A stretch of DNA of 64,000 nucleotides from Chiloscyllium plagiosum (Eukaryota): assembly GCF_004010195.1 (NCBI RefSeq), contig NC_057719.1, forward strand, positions 87,612,382 to 87,676,381. Direction: 5' to 3'. The notes beneath the pieces were generated by a model. It did no database searches, was not told the origin of the DNA, and was given only the letters and a program-made list of their open reading frames with translations. Within the stretch, counting starts at the first letter, position 1; the number at the start of each line of letters is the position of its first letter. Made by a program: the position numbers and the translations under genes. This document shows positions 1 to 13,583 of this stretch, one piece after another.

Positions 1-17
1 CAATAAAGTTTCAACAA

Positions 18-251
18 ACTGGAAAGTAGAAATACTGTCATTGCACTGCAAGAGCCCTAACTTTGCACAATTACATGTTTGGAGCCACAGTATTTATGTA
101 AATAGCTTAGTTTTAAGTCAACCTGTTCAGAGACATTATAAAACATGTCTCAGGTATGTGGGACTGGAAAGTAGAAATACTGTCATTGCACTGAAAGAGC
201 CCTAACTTTGCACAATTACATGTTTGGAGCCACAGTATTTATGTAAATAGC
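18..251 (+). repeat. 89-bp direct repeat (18-106 and 163-251)
   Basis: actggaaagtag...tatgtaaatagc occurs twice with one mismatch seen; 56-bp spacer. Confidence 0.92.
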
Positions 252-259
252 CCAGTTTA

Positions 260-810
260 ATTTTTGGCCAATAGCAACGCCCATCACAGCATGATAATAA
301 GGGGTTATTCAGCTAGCTTAATGCCAAAGAATGTCAAGCAGTGACATTTCTCTCTTTTTGGCCTGGCACCTGTGTAGCAGGGATGGTACTTGTCATTGGC
401 CAATCCAAACCTGGACATTGTTCCAGTTTCTTGCTACAACTGGATACGGAATGCTTCAATATCAGAGGAGTTGTGCATAGTGCTGAACATGGTGCAATCA
501 TCAGTGAGCATCCCCACTTCTGACCTTATTTTGAAGAGAAGGTCACATCGATGAAGCAGCTGAAGATGATCAGGTCTAGGACACTCCCGAGTAACTATGG
601 ATGTGATGCCCTGTGGTTAAGATGAGTGGCCTCTATGAGGAGGTTATTGACGACTAAGTAGCACTTGACAGCAATGTTAATGATTCACTTGCATTACTTT
701 GATGATTGAAAACAGACTGTTGAGATTGTAGATAGATTTGTGAACGGGCTACACCTGGGCAACCTCCCACATGACTGTGTAGATTCCAATGTTGTTGCTG
801 TACTGGGGCC
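260..810 (-). mobile_element. Old non-LTR retrotransposon RT fragment
   Basis: Minus strand reads GSVLDLIIFSCFI...IRSEVGMLTDDCTMFST (PQGSVL and FADD region). Confidence 0.65.
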
Positions 811-818
811 ACAGCTTG

Positions 819-1152
819 AATCATAGAATGCCTGCAGTGTGGAAAAAGGCTATTCAGCCCATCGAGCCCACTTCAACTCTCCAAACAGCATCCCACCCTG
901 ATCTAACCCCCCATACCCTATCCCCATAACCATCCCACCTACCCTGAACATCCCAGGACACTATGGTGTAATTTAGCATGGCTAGTCCAACTAACCTGCA
1001 TATCTTTGAACACCAGGAGCACCTGGAGATAATTCACAGAAACACAGGGAGAATGTGCAAACTCCACACAGACAGTTTCCAAAGGCTGAAATTGAACCTG
1101 GGTCTCCAGTGCAGTGAGGCGGCAGTGTTAACCATTGAGCCACTGTGCCATC
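819..1152 (-). mobile_element. HE1-type SINE (diverged)
   Basis: Same head, core and tail as the other copies. Confidence 0.82.
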
Positions 1153-1424
1153 TCAGTGAAAGCTCTTCCATCATGCAAACATCCATAGTAAGAATTTCTT
1201 AACACTAGCTAATGCTATTATGTCTCCTACTCCCATATCCCAGCTCATCAGCAGTTTATCATTCAATATCTTGCTGAGGGTGTCTGCATACAGCCAACAA
1301 AACCATTTGTCATACTTTTAGTGATGGCAACATTTACAGCCAAAATGCCCAAGACTATATATCATTTGCATTTTGCTGTAAATGGGGACATCCTGGGTTT
1401 GTGAATGGTGCTGTATAAATGAAA

Positions 1425-1820
1425 GTCAAAACAAGTGATGCTGGAAAAGCACAGCAGGTCAGGCAGCATCCAATGAGCAGGACAGTCAATGTTTCGGGCA
1501 TAAGCCCTTCATCAGGAAGGGGTCTGAGAGCTATATAGGAGGGGGTACTTGGCCTGGAGGGGGGAAGGTAGCTTGGAAGGCGATAGGAAGATGCAAGTGG
1601 GGGGTAAGGGTAATAGGTCAGACCAGAGGGTGGAGCAGATAGGCAGGAAGGAGAATGGACAGGTGGGACAGTTCAAAAGTGTGGTGCAGAGTTGAAGGGT
1701 TGGATCTGGGAATGAGGTGGGGGGGAGGAGAGAGGAAACTGGTGAAGTCGATACTGGTGCTGTGTGATTGGAGGGTCCCAAGGCAGAAAATGAGGCATTC
1801 TTCCCCCTGGCATCAAGTGG
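1425..1820 (-). mobile_element. Penelope-like element 3' fragment
   Basis: Same terminal sequence (tgctggaaaagcacagcaggtcaggcagcatc...gcccttcatcagga) and purine-rich segment as the 54535 element. Confidence 0.8.
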
Positions 1821-2509
1821 CTTCCTTTATGCAAACATTCACAGCAGGAATTTTCTACCACTAATGCTGCTCGACTCCTGTTCCCATATCTCAGTTCCTC
1901 AGGACTATACAGCTAACTTTAATGGCTGCAAGAATTCCCACAAGTTTTATGACTGGGTGTTGCTCAAACTTTGTACTGGTGTTCCCCTGGCCCGACAGCC
2001 ATCGATCTGTATTTAAGCACATCTTCCTTCATTCTGGCCCCGCTCTTCCTGTGTCACTCGCATCCTCTGAACTGATCCTACTGTCGCCCTTATTTCCTGC
2101 AGTTCTCCAGGCTGCTTAATGTTTTGTATACAGTCTCATCTGCTTCCTTTGCCCCAAGAAGTCACTCCCCATTCTTGGTATCAGATTCTGTTAAGAGCAT
2201 GCTAAATAATGAGCAGTTACAGGTAACAGAGTGAATAGGTACTACAAAATAACAAGTTATTAGACATTTTGGGGATTGGGGCTGGGTAGGAGATCAACTG
2301 GCAGACATTACTTCCTTCACAAATGACGTTTTAATTTTAACCACCCCACACCTGCCCCATTTTCCTTTTAACTACAGACTCTTCTAAATTTGATTCAATT
2401 TGGTTTTCGTTTCTACCAAAAATATTAGAATGTAAACTATCATCTGCTGCTTTTTTGGCACAGTGGTAGTGCACCACGAGAGCCAGGTACAAGTCCCACC
2501 TGCTCCAGA

Positions 2510-5220
2510 GTACAACATTGAAACAGACCCTTCGGTATAACTCATCCATGCCGACCAGAAATCCTAAACTACTCAAGTCCCATTTCCTAGCACTTAGCCC
2601 ATATCCCCCTAAACCCTTCATATACCCATCCAGATGCCTTTTAAATGCTGTAATTGTACCAGCTTCAACCACGTCCACTGGAAGCTCATTCCATACACAC
2701 ATGCATGAAAAAGTTGCCCCTTAGGTCCCTTACATATTTTTCTCCTCTCACCCTAAACTTATGCCCTCTAGTTCTGGACTCCCACAAGCCAGGGGAAAAA
2801 GTCACCTCTTAGCCTCCAACGCTCCAGGGAAAACAGCCCCAGCCTGCTGTTTTCCATGGAGCGTCGGAGGCTGAGGGGTGACCTTATAGAGGTTTACCAA
2901 ATTATGAGGGGCATGGATAAGATAAATAGACAAAGTCTTTTCCCTGGGGAGTCCAGAACTAGAGGGCATAGGTTTAGGGTGAGAGGGGAAAGATATAAAA
3001 GAGACCCAAGGGGCAACTTTTTCGCGCAGAGAATGTATGGAATGAGCTGCCAGAGGATGTGGTGGAGGCTGGTACAATTGCAACATTTAAGAGGCATTTG
3101 GATGGGTATATGAATAGGAAGGGTTTGGAGGGATATGGGCCGGGTGCTGGCAGGTGGGACTAGATTGGGTTGGGATATCTGGTCGGCATGGACGGGTTGG
3201 ACCGAAGGGTCTGTTTCCATGCTGTACATCTCTATGACTCTATTCAGCCTCTCCCTATACCTCAAACCCTCCAACCCTGTCAACATCCTTGTAAATCTTT
3301 TCTGAACCCTTTCATGTTTCACAACATCCTTCTGATAGGAAGGAGACCAGAATTTCACGTAATATTCCAAAAGTGCCCTAACCAATGTCCTGTTCAGCCA
3401 GAACAGGACCTCCCAACTCCTGTAGTCAATGCTCTGACCAATAAAGGAAAGCATACCAAATGCCTTCTTCACTATCCTATCTACCTGCGACTCTACTTTC
3501 AAGGAACTATGAACCTGCACTCCAAGGTCTCCTTGTTCAGCTGCACTCCCTAGGACCTTACCATCAAGTGTATACATCCTGCTCGGATTTGCTTTTCCAA
3601 AATGTAGCACTTCGCATTTATCTAAATTAAACTCCCCCTGCCACTCACCAATAAGGTGATCATTCAGTTCCATCCAAATAATTTTTTTAGATGTATTCCT
3701 AGGAATATTCTCCCTAAGTACAGCAGAAATGCTATTCCTTATCAAAAATATCACTCCCCCTCATCTCTTGGCCCCCCTTTCTATCCTTCCTATAGCATTT
3801 TGTATCCTGGAACATTAAGCTGCCAGTCCTGTCCATCCCTGAGCCACATTTCTGCAATTGCTATGATATCCCAGTCCTATGTTCCTAACCAAGACCTAAG
3901 TTCATCTGCCTTCCTTGTTAAGCCTCTTGCATTGAAATAAATGCAGTTTAATTTATCAGTCCTACCTTGTTCTCTGCTTTTTCCTGCCTGCCCTGACTGA
4001 CTCACTCACTCCTTTTCCCACTGTACCAGTTTCAGATTGACCTCTTTCCTCACTTCAGGTCACTTCTACCCCAGAGGAGATTCCAATGATCCAAAAATAT
4101 GAACCCTTTCACCCTGCACCAGCTCCTCAGCCATGCATTCATCTGCTCTATCCTTCTATTCCTACCTTCAGTAGCTCATAGCACCAGGAGTAATCCAGAT
4201 ATTACTACCCTTGAGGATGTCCTTTTTAAATTCCTGCCTAATTTTCTATATTCTCCCTTCAGCATCTCATCCTTTTCCCTTCCCATGCCATTAGTTCCAA
4301 AGTGTACTAACTTTGAAGGAGGGACCTGCTGCTGGTCCCTCTTCCCTTTGAGAACATTCTGCACCTCTGAAACATCCTCATCCTGGCACCAGGGAGACAA
4401 AACCATTCTGATTCTTTGCTGCTGGCCACAGAAACATCTGTCTATGCCTCAGAGTCCCCTTACACAATCGATTGCTTGGAACCCGACGTACCCCTCATTA
4501 CATCAGAGCCAGTCTCTATGCCAGAAACCTGACTGTTCGTGCTACATTCCCAAGTGTCCATCATACCATATATTTTCAAAAACAGCAAACTTGTTTGAAA
4601 TGGGAATAGCCACACAAGACTCCTACACTACCTGCCTACCCCTCCTCCCTTTCCTGGAGTTAACCCATATATCTGACTGTATCTGCAACTTTTCTACCTT
4701 CCTATAACTGCTGTCCATCACACCCCCTAGCTCTTATTGCCTTTAACTGCCGCTCCAACTGATCCAAACGATCTGATAGGATTCACAACCAAAGACACTT
4801 TCTGCAGACATACTAATAACATGGAAACTCCACCTAAACTCCCACATCTGACAGGAAGAGCATTTCGCTCTACTAAAAGCCATCTTTGCTCCTTCATCAT
4901 CTAGAGACCCAAAAAATAGCACTGTCTTTTTGCTAAAAAAAAAAGTACTTATGGATTATATTTTTAAAATTTAATCAAGAGACAGATCTCAATAAAACAT
5001 ATAATCAAGAAAGAACCCAATCTACTCACTACTGTAGACTTACAGCAAGGTTACACTTAAAACTGTACACTTTCTATTCCTCTGCTCTTCCACGCAGGTT
5101 CCTCCAAGATCAGCTGTGAGTTTTGCTGTTTGTTAATTTTTCCTAGATGCTCTCCCATGTCCAGAGATACATTAACTCAAACACCAAAGGCAGTAATTGT
5201 GGAGATTCGCTGCTGTGTCA
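2510..5220 (-). mobile_element. Internally deleted CR1-clade LINE (5' region, ORF1 esterase-like, EN and RT remnants) with a nested plus-strand CR1 3' end at about 2845-3240
   Basis: ORF1-like VHFGTNGMGREK...SRVVISGLL (SGNH); RT C-terminal FNLDKCEVLHFG, LGVQV and RVQKRFTRML. Confidence 0.85.
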
Positions 5221-5654
5221 GTTAGATGTGTACTAATATGTCAGAACAGGTTGGTTAGAAAATATCAATAGACAGTGAGCCAGTAGACTGGAAGGTGTTA
5301 CAGTGCACTTAAATTCTGACTAAAAAGTGTCTGCCTTGAACCTGTCAAAAAGCATTTAACTTCTAATGTGCAGCCCTGCCTCTCTACCCAAATGAGCTTA
5401 GCTGCTTTCAGCCATTGCGGCTCATGGGGCATTAAAGGCACAGAGACATCATTGATGTGTGCAACGACACAAGGCAGAAAGAAATGGAAACACATGAAGG
5501 CTAAGAAAGGGGAAAGACATTGGGGAGAAAATGCTGCAAAAGGTCAAGAAATAGATGAGTTGCAAACCATTGCAAACAGCTGGGGAAAGAAATCAGCTTG
5601 AAGCAAGATCACAGTACAAGGGAGTTTATTAAACACCAGACTGAACAGCTTTCT

Positions 5655-6183
5655 TGTTGCAGCTCTATAAAACTTTGGTTAGACCGCACTTGGAATGCTG
5701 CATCCAGTTCTGGTCGCCCTATTATAAGAAAGATGTGGATGCTTTGGAGCGGGTTCAGAGGAGGTTTACCAGGATGCTGCCCGGACTGGGGGGCTTATCT
5801 TATAAGGAAAGGTTGACTGAGCTTGGACTTTTTTCATTGGAGAAAAGGAGGAGAAGTAATGAGAGGCATAGATAGAGTCGATAGCCAGAGACTATTTCCC
5901 AGGGCAAAAATGACTAACACAGAGGGGTCATAGTTTTAAGCTGGTTGGAGGAAAGTATAGAGGGGATGTCAGAGGCAGGGGATGTCAGACAGAGAGTTGT
6001 GAGGGCATGGAATGCGTTGCCAGCAGCAGTTGTGAAGGCAGGGTCATTGGGGACATTTAAGAGACTCCTCGACATACATATGGTCACAGAAATTTGAGGG
6101 TGCATACATGAGGATCAGTGGTTGGCATAACAGTGGGCTGAAGGGCCTGTTCTGTGCTGTACTGTTCTATGTTCTATGTTCTA
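5655..6183 (+). mobile_element. CR1 LINE 3' fragment
   Basis: [19 protein letters not shown]...[12 protein letters not shown]; (TTCTATG)n tail. Confidence 0.9.
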
Positions 6184-6283
6184 ATGAGGGATGGTTGGGA
6201 GTCATGACAGAACCTTAATGTAGAGGGAAATCATTTAAAAACTATATAGAGGTCTACTTGAAATCTTGTTTAAAAAAAAACTT

Positions 6284-6458
6284 ACAGAACTGTGGATGTT
6301 GTAAATTAGAAACAAAAACAGAAATTGCTTGAAAAGCTCAGCTTTGGCAGCATCTGTTAACAGAAATCAGAGTTAATGTTTCAGGTCCTTCTGAGGAAGG
6401 GTCACTGAACCCAAAACATTAACTCTGATTTTTTTATTCACAGATGCTGCCAGACCTG
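6284..6458. mobile_element. Short fold-back PLE-terminus-like element (relatives at about 7790, 9130, 11625, 19647, 24790, 30768, 31120, 32510, 47680 and 50998)
   Basis: Arms ggcagcatctgt...aaatcagagttaatgttt and aaacattaactctgattt...acagatgctgcc; the centre ctgaggaagggtcactgaacccaaaac is a decayed hammerhead. Confidence 0.65.
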
Positions 6459-9310
6459 AAATCATGTTTAGTCTGAGTAGATCCTAGGATAGCATGTTGA
6501 GCCAAATGGCCTCCTCCCATGTCGTGGATTTTCTGTGATTTTATGATTCATTGAAAACTTAAAAACATTACTGTGTGGATGGCACTGAAATAATGTTTTA
6601 ATTTCTTTCACATTACAAAAGTATCAAAAGTCGTCAGTGATAGATATACTGAGACGTGTGAACATTTTATTTAAATTTATTCATTCACAATATGTGGGGG
6701 TCACTGGCTGGGCCAGCATTCAGTGCACATCACTAATTGTCCTGGAGAAAGTGGGGGTGAACTGTCTTTTTGAACTGCTACAGTTCAGAGAAGCTACTGA
6801 GAAGAGAATTCCAGAATTCTGACTCACAATCAGCAATGTATTTCCAAGTCAGGATTGTGTGGGGCTGATAGGAGAACCTGGAGGTGCTGGTGCTCCCAGA
6901 CAACTGCAACTCTTGCCCTTCTAAATGGTAGAGGTTATGGGTTTGAAAGCTACTCTGAAAGGAAACTTGTTGAATTGCTGCGGTGCATCCTGTACAATGG
7001 TGTACACTGGAAGTCAGTGTTGAGGGAGTGACATTTAAGGGGGTGCATGGAGGGCATAGGTTTAAGGTGAGAGGGGCAAGAGTTTAAAAAGACCTGGAGG
7101 GATAATTTTATCATACAGAGGGTGATGCATGTATGTAAAGAGATGCCAGAGGAATTGGAGGCGGTAGGTATAATATATTTAAACATTTATATATACACAC
7201 ATTTAAAAAGGCACTGGCTGGATACATGAATAGAAAGAATTAAAGGCACATGGGCCAAATGATGGTAAATGGGCCTAGGTCAGATTGTAACCACAATATT
7301 TATATGTTGGTCCATGAATACTCTCCAGTTTACTTTGGTCTTAAAGGGAATACACAAAAGAAAAGTGCAGACATTTCCTCAGCATGTGTCATTACAACAT
7401 CCAATTGTTGAGAGTAGAAAATGCCCAAAATAGGCAACAGATATATAATGAAACAAAAAAGAACGTACGGAACTAAGTACAGGATACTAAGATTATGGTT
7501 TAAGAGTTAGATCAGAAAAATACAAACAGTAGAGACACACTTACTAGGTATAGATACCAACAGTTAAACTTCAGACAGGGAGGAGTACATTGGGCCTGTT
7601 TGATGGAATAGTGGATAAAAATGAGGCCAGCAACATGCTGTGGTTCATTCAGAAGATACAAAGTCTGCTGTAGAGCACAGTTGAAAACTGTAGCTGTAGC
7701 ACGGACCTCAGAACCTAACACAATCTAGATTCATAAACCTAAACTCAGTGTCATCGAAAAGCAACATAAAGACCACAGCAATGAAATGCAAAATGTTGGG
7801 ATACTTGAACTAAAAACAGATAATGCTGGAAACTCTTTCTCCACAGATGGTGCCAGACCTGTTGAGTTTCTCCAGATTTTCTGCTCTAATTTATGAAATT
7901 AAATTCAAGACAAATTGTCAAGTTATCCCAAGAAATCCTTCACAGAAGTGAAATATTTCATCGCCTGAATTATTAACATTTTATAAATACAATTGAAAGG
8001 ATTAAAAGGGGAAGAAATTGCAAGTGTTACAAAGCACAGATAAATGAGTTCAACATTTTCTACTATCAAAACAAATGCAACACCATTGCTCATCAGGCCA
8101 ACTGCACCCAGGAACACAAAGTACATTCCTAACCCAATGTTTAAATGGCCAGTGCTCATAATTTTATCAAACCAGGAAGAAAATATACATTTAAAAAACC
8201 TCAATCTATTGGTCACTGGAAATGTGATGTTAAATTACTGTTTATATATGACCTTGCAGCTTTAGAAGTTCCAAAGTTTCAAGCATGACTCCACAGCACA
8301 TCCTCAGGATATAAGTTATATAAATATCATACACCTTTCATCTTTAGTCAGAAGAAGGGCTGCATTAAGTCTGTCCGGTTTTATTGGACTGTTGTACAGT
8401 ATAGTTAATCCAAAAGTGTGATACTAAATATGTATATCATAGTTGGTAAAAAGGAGTTTGTTGTTAAACAGCAATTTGCTTTTCAACAAATGGAGTTATA
8501 GCAACGACTGTATTCAGAAATGATTATATCAATCTAGTATACTCATCTCACCCAGCTAACAGAGATGGATTTATGAATCAAGTTGATCTATAGTCTGCTT
8601 GCTGCTCTGTTCAGTGCTGTGACAAAGCCCTTTTCATATTAATGTTAAACCTAATGATGTACTGTTGTGACATTCAATCCTGTGATGCTTCAGTTTCTGC
8701 TCAACAGACAGCAAAGCCATTGCAAAATTTGCAATAAAAAAGCATCAATGCAGTGGCTGCCATGGTAACCAGGTTTTAGTATCAGTTCTAACTTCGACAT
8801 TCTTTTGCTCAGATGGGAGATACATAGCTGGGACAAATCCATATACCAAGCAAGCCTTCTGATCTTGATCATTTTTAATGTCATCAAGCGTAGCCAGTAC
8901 TGTGGGTGCCCCTACATCATAAATTGCTGTAGCTCCAAGGCAACATGTCACCACAATCTTCTCCAGGGCAATTACAGATGGACAATAAATGTTGGACTGT
9001 CCAGCAATGCCCATACCCAGTGAATGAATTTATAAAAATGCAAACCAATTACAGATTTCTACAAATATATACAGTCTCAAATACAAATAAAGCTAACCAA
9101 TTAGATAGCTGATGATAAAGACACTAAGCCTATTTCTCTCAGAAATACTCTTTGTGGATATTGCCTAACTTGGAGTGTTACCAGAATACTGACATTATTT
9201 CAGGTTCCACTCCTCTGTAGTAATTTGTTTTATTGTAAGCAGCTGACAATATACCATGATCCATTACCATTTTGCAAGGAACTAGTTCGAAAGATCACTT
9301 AAGTGCATAC

Positions 9311-9723
9311 CTTTGCAAGCCTGGCCCGTTTGATGAGGTCATTGAGTTTGCGTAGTGCAGCATTCCGAGGTAAACCTTTAATGTCCCTGAACAGGTCTTC
9401 CGTTTCCAACTCAAAAAGTTTCCGATTCTCTGTAATCTGCAGAGGTTTGGACCAGAAGGAGCCGATGTAGACGCGTACAACCTCTGGGGTGTCAATCACT
9501 TTGCCAAGGGACCACATCAATGCTCCATACACTCTCATGAGTTGTTGTGTATCAACTTGGTCTGCCTTGTTCAAGACAACTCTGATTTTATCATCTTGGC
9601 CTTTCAGTGCCTTGATAGCCTCAGAAAACTCATCAGATATATCCAACTTGTGAGCATCAAACAAAAGGATGATACGATCAACCCTCTCAGCAAACCATCG
9701 CAAAACTTCTGAAAAGTCATAAC
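9311..9723 (-). CDS. EHD4: EHD4-like coding exon 4 (413 nt)
   Basis: Acceptor TTAG|GT, donor AAG|GTATGC. Translation (G)[74 protein letters not shown]...[14 protein letters not shown] contains NKAD (G4). GQDDK and DQVDTQQ are EHD4-type. The four exons total 915 nt in one open frame. Confidence 0.95.
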
Positions 9724-10185
9724 CTAATAGAGATACAGAGAGAAAACATGCATGAATACATGTTTCACCTATAAATTGCATGAAATAGCTCATGAGAGAA
9801 ACCCCCAACAGATTTCAGGACCAACATTAATGCTTTACCTTCCTGACACCATAACTCAAATTAGCTCCACCTAGAGCCTTGTGTTGATCACATCCTCAGT
9901 GTATTCAACTCTAGAAGCTTGCAACAAATTCATCCCATACTGTATATTTATTTCATTCCTGATATAGTGTGCATTAAAGATATAGAGAAACAAAAATAGA
10001 ATACACCCTACAAATATTGTCAATCAAGTAAAATCTAGAAGTTTAGAACATGAATTTCAGTACAGGAGGAGGAGTAGGCCTTTCGGCCATCCTTTTTGAG
10101 CTGACACTGCCATTCTAGATAATCCCCTCAGTGCCATTTTCCCACATTATCGCCATATTCCTTCATGTAAGGTTGAAGTCTGAAC

Positions 10186-10820
10186 ACTAAAAAGACAAGA
10201 AAAATGTTAATTCAAAGAAATACATTAGAAGAAACCTAAAGGTGAATATGAAGTAGATGGATGTCACACTGGAAAATTTAGCTAAGTCTGTCGAAGTAGG
10301 ACAAGTTATAACAGATAATAGCTGGAATGCTGAAATCAGGAGGAGTATAGCAATAGCCAGAAATAAGCTTGTAAAGGTGAAAGATGTGTGAACAGGAACA
10401 TTCAAGCTACAACAGGGGAAATAACTCGATGCTACAGTCTGTCCACTTTCTCATGCGCCTCAGAAACTGGACAGCAAGTAAAGATGGATGAAACAAAACA
10501 GGCCTTAGAAACGTGGATGCTAAGACATAAGCACAAGACAAATTTGTAGATTCTTGCGGTTACAAGAGCAAAAAAAAACTCTTAAGTGACATCTAGAAAA
10601 CAAAGTCAGTATTTCAACCATTTGATCACAACCAACAATGGGTTTGCTGAAGAGGGAAAAGTATAGGGCAGCAGAAAGAGGGATGAGCCTAGGTGTAGTT
10701 GGATGACGAATGTCAGAGTAGAAGCAAAGATGATGCAAGTCAGATAAGCAGGAGATAACTGCTGCACAGATTGCCTGGAGTAGCTACCAGAGGAAGCAAT
10801 TGGGCGTTTACACCAAATTG
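10186..10820 (+). mobile_element. Decayed RTE-like LINE 3' fragment
   Basis: VGQVITDN...AEIRRSIAIARNKLVKVKDV resembles the RTE RT C-terminus. Confidence 0.55.
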
Positions 10821-10844
10821 ATTTCTTCTTCAAAAGTCAGAAAA

Positions 10845-11185
10845 AAAAAAGGGAAGTCTTGCTAAAACTATGCGAGGCACTGATCAGACCACAGCTAGAA
10901 TACTGTGGACAGTTTTGGGCTCCTTATTTAAGATATACTGGCACTGGGGACTGTCTGGTGAGTACAGGTCAAGTACAAATTAAGTTTAGAAGAATGACAG
11001 ACAAGCTTATTGAAATATACCAGATTATGATCATAGGGGTTGGTCTTGACAGCGTAGATGCAGAAAGGTTGTTTCCCCTCGTGGGGGAGTCTAGGACATA
11101 ATCTCAGAATAAGAGGTTACCCATTTAGAACAAAGATGAGGAGGAATTCTTTCAAAGGATGGCATATCTGTGGAATTCTTTCCGG
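10845..11185 (+). mobile_element. Old CR1 LINE fragment
   Basis: LIRPQLEYCGQFWAPYL...LFPLVGESRT. Confidence 0.75.
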
Positions 11186-13264
11186 ATTTCAAAACAGAAT
11201 GGAGACAGCCACATAGAAACTGCCTCTGCCTTCTCAGTGTAAAGTGTACAACAACTACTGCCTTTTTTAAAGAGCCCCAAAACACATTTTTCTGATAGAC
11301 ACAAGGAAACAAACTTCATACAAATCAATTTAACATGCCAATTGTAATCATTGAGTTTAAAAAAGAAAAATAAAACGAACTTGAAAGAATGAGAACCACA
11401 TAATTACAATATAGTCCTCCCAAGTTACCCTCATGTACTTATTGTCTTATGCCAAAGCAAAACAGAAAACTAAAGGTGAGAGTTTTAAGGAAGTCATTTT
11501 GAAATACAGGTCAGTCATTGAGATTAGTACTATTGAAAAACAGACTGCACTGAGAACAAAAGAAAGTAACTGCACATTAACCTGGACTGTAGCTACAACA
11601 TATTGGACAGTTTATGAAAGTTATCAACTTGAAATGTTAACTTTTTTTCCCCACCTCTATGGATGCTGTATGATCTGCTGAGTGTTTTCAGCACTTTCCA
11701 TTATTTCAGATGCCCAAAATTCTCAAAATTTCAGTTGTGTTTCAGAATACAGAAACATAATTTCCTGTTGATTCTTACTCAGACAAGGAACAAAATGAAA
11801 CTACCCAAATTAGCAGAATGGAGTTTCAAATAAAGAAGTGATGTTCCCACTGCTGAGGGAGCAGCTTTTGTCTACACAGAATCTTGGGACTTCATGGAGG
11901 TTTTTGAATACAAGATTAAAAGATAAGGAAGTACCCTTAGATTATAGTATTCAGGATATCAAGGTTCAAACATTTTGCCTCCTATAGTAGAACATTGGCT
12001 ATTTGTTACGCCATTGGTTCTGAAAAATCCACTTTGAAGAATGTTCGGAATCCTTTGTTGAGAGACATAGTGCTTGAATGCTCTCTCATTTCGCAAAAAG
12101 GAATCTTGGAGACAATGTATTGGTCTACAATTCACTGAAAAGATAACTCTGAATGACTCTTGCTGTTACTACACAAATTGGCTAACAAATGCAGTGAAGA
12201 AGAAATAACCCTGAAACTGTGAAATGCCCAAGCTACCTGCTGATTTGTTATTAAATTTGCAAAAGTAACATTTGACCTTTAGCATCATACTTTTCATGAC
12301 GTTGGATATTAATTGTCCACTAAACACACCACTTTCATTAACAATGCAAGTACTCTGCCAATGTTAGCATTGATAATGAGTATCATTCAATGGTCCATAC
12401 CCAGAAATTGAAGAATTCAAAATGCTGACTTTCCTCCCTTCAGATTGAATTTTTGGACATATTAAAATTGCCACATTTTAAATTGTTATTGTTTGCTGTC
12501 TATCAATTCTCTTTTATACTCCTCTCTTCATTTTTCTTTCTCTACTTGATTTGATACTTTGTCCTCCTCTCAGCGCTGTACTCATTTTTTTTGACCTCGC
12601 TAGTTAAGAATATACATTGTTTGCTTCTCTGTTTACCAAGGTCACAAACTGCATGTTATTCTCACCATGCAGTTTTCAACTTTCTCAGCAATTTTGCAGG
12701 CAAAAAAAATTAAAAATCAAAAAAGTGTGCACCACAAGTGTAAAAGGGCACGAGTGAGAGAATCACACTTCATGACGTTTGGTCCTTTGAATCATTCAAA
12801 TTATAGATTTTAGGAAGAGTGGTAGCAACATCCTAAACTTTCCTCGTTATTTCCAGAGCATACTTGCATCAGTATGGAACAACATTCCTTATGAACAGCA
12901 TGCCAAGTGCCCTGAGAGTTTACATTCAAAAATGTGGAGCCTGAGAGAGACTTTACTCAGACAAATGTTCAGCGTAATCATGATATGGACTGCTTGGAGC
13001 CTTTCCTAAAATAAAACTTTCCAGTATTGCCTTCATCCAGCTCTCAATAAAAATAAAACTTCTCGAATACAAGACTAGTGGTAACTTTATGCAAATATAG
13101 ACAATGATGTGTTAAGAGTATAATCTAAAACACAAAGACAAGGAGACATCATTCTGTTGAAGTAAATCACACTCTTAACAGAATTCTTCAATATGGAGTG
13201 AGTACTTCTTTATTTGTTGTGGGATGTAGGCATTGCCAACTGGTCCAGCATTTATTGGCCATCC

Positions 13265-13583
13265 GGCAGCATGGTGGCTCAGTGGTTAGCACTGCTCTAT
13301 CACAGCGCCAGGGACCCAGGTTCGATTCCAGCCTCGGACAGCTGTCTGTGTGGAGTTTGTACATTCTCCCAGTGTCTGTGTGGGTTTCCTCTGGGTGCTC
13401 TGGTTTCCTTCCACAATCCAAAAAAGATGTGCAGGCCAGGTGAATTTGCCATGCTAAGTTGCCCATAGTGTTAGGTGCATTAGTCAGAGGGAAATGGGTT
13501 TGAATGAGTTGTTCTTCGGAGGGTCGGTGCGGACTTGTTGGGTCGAAGGGCCTGTTTCCACACTGTAGGGAATCTAATCTAAT
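13265..13583 (+). mobile_element. HE1-type SINE nested in an older repeat (13220-13830)
   Basis: A/B boxes, core and ctaatctaa tail; ATCC on both sides. Confidence 0.88.

Noticed and set aside
1..9310. EHD exons 5-6 (VHAYII... and the EH domain)
   Set aside because: Not found by eye or in the ORF track; presumed left of the window.
9724..9808. N-terminal extension of ORF 9299-9808
   Set aside because: Intronic read-through upstream of the AG acceptor at 9724-9725.
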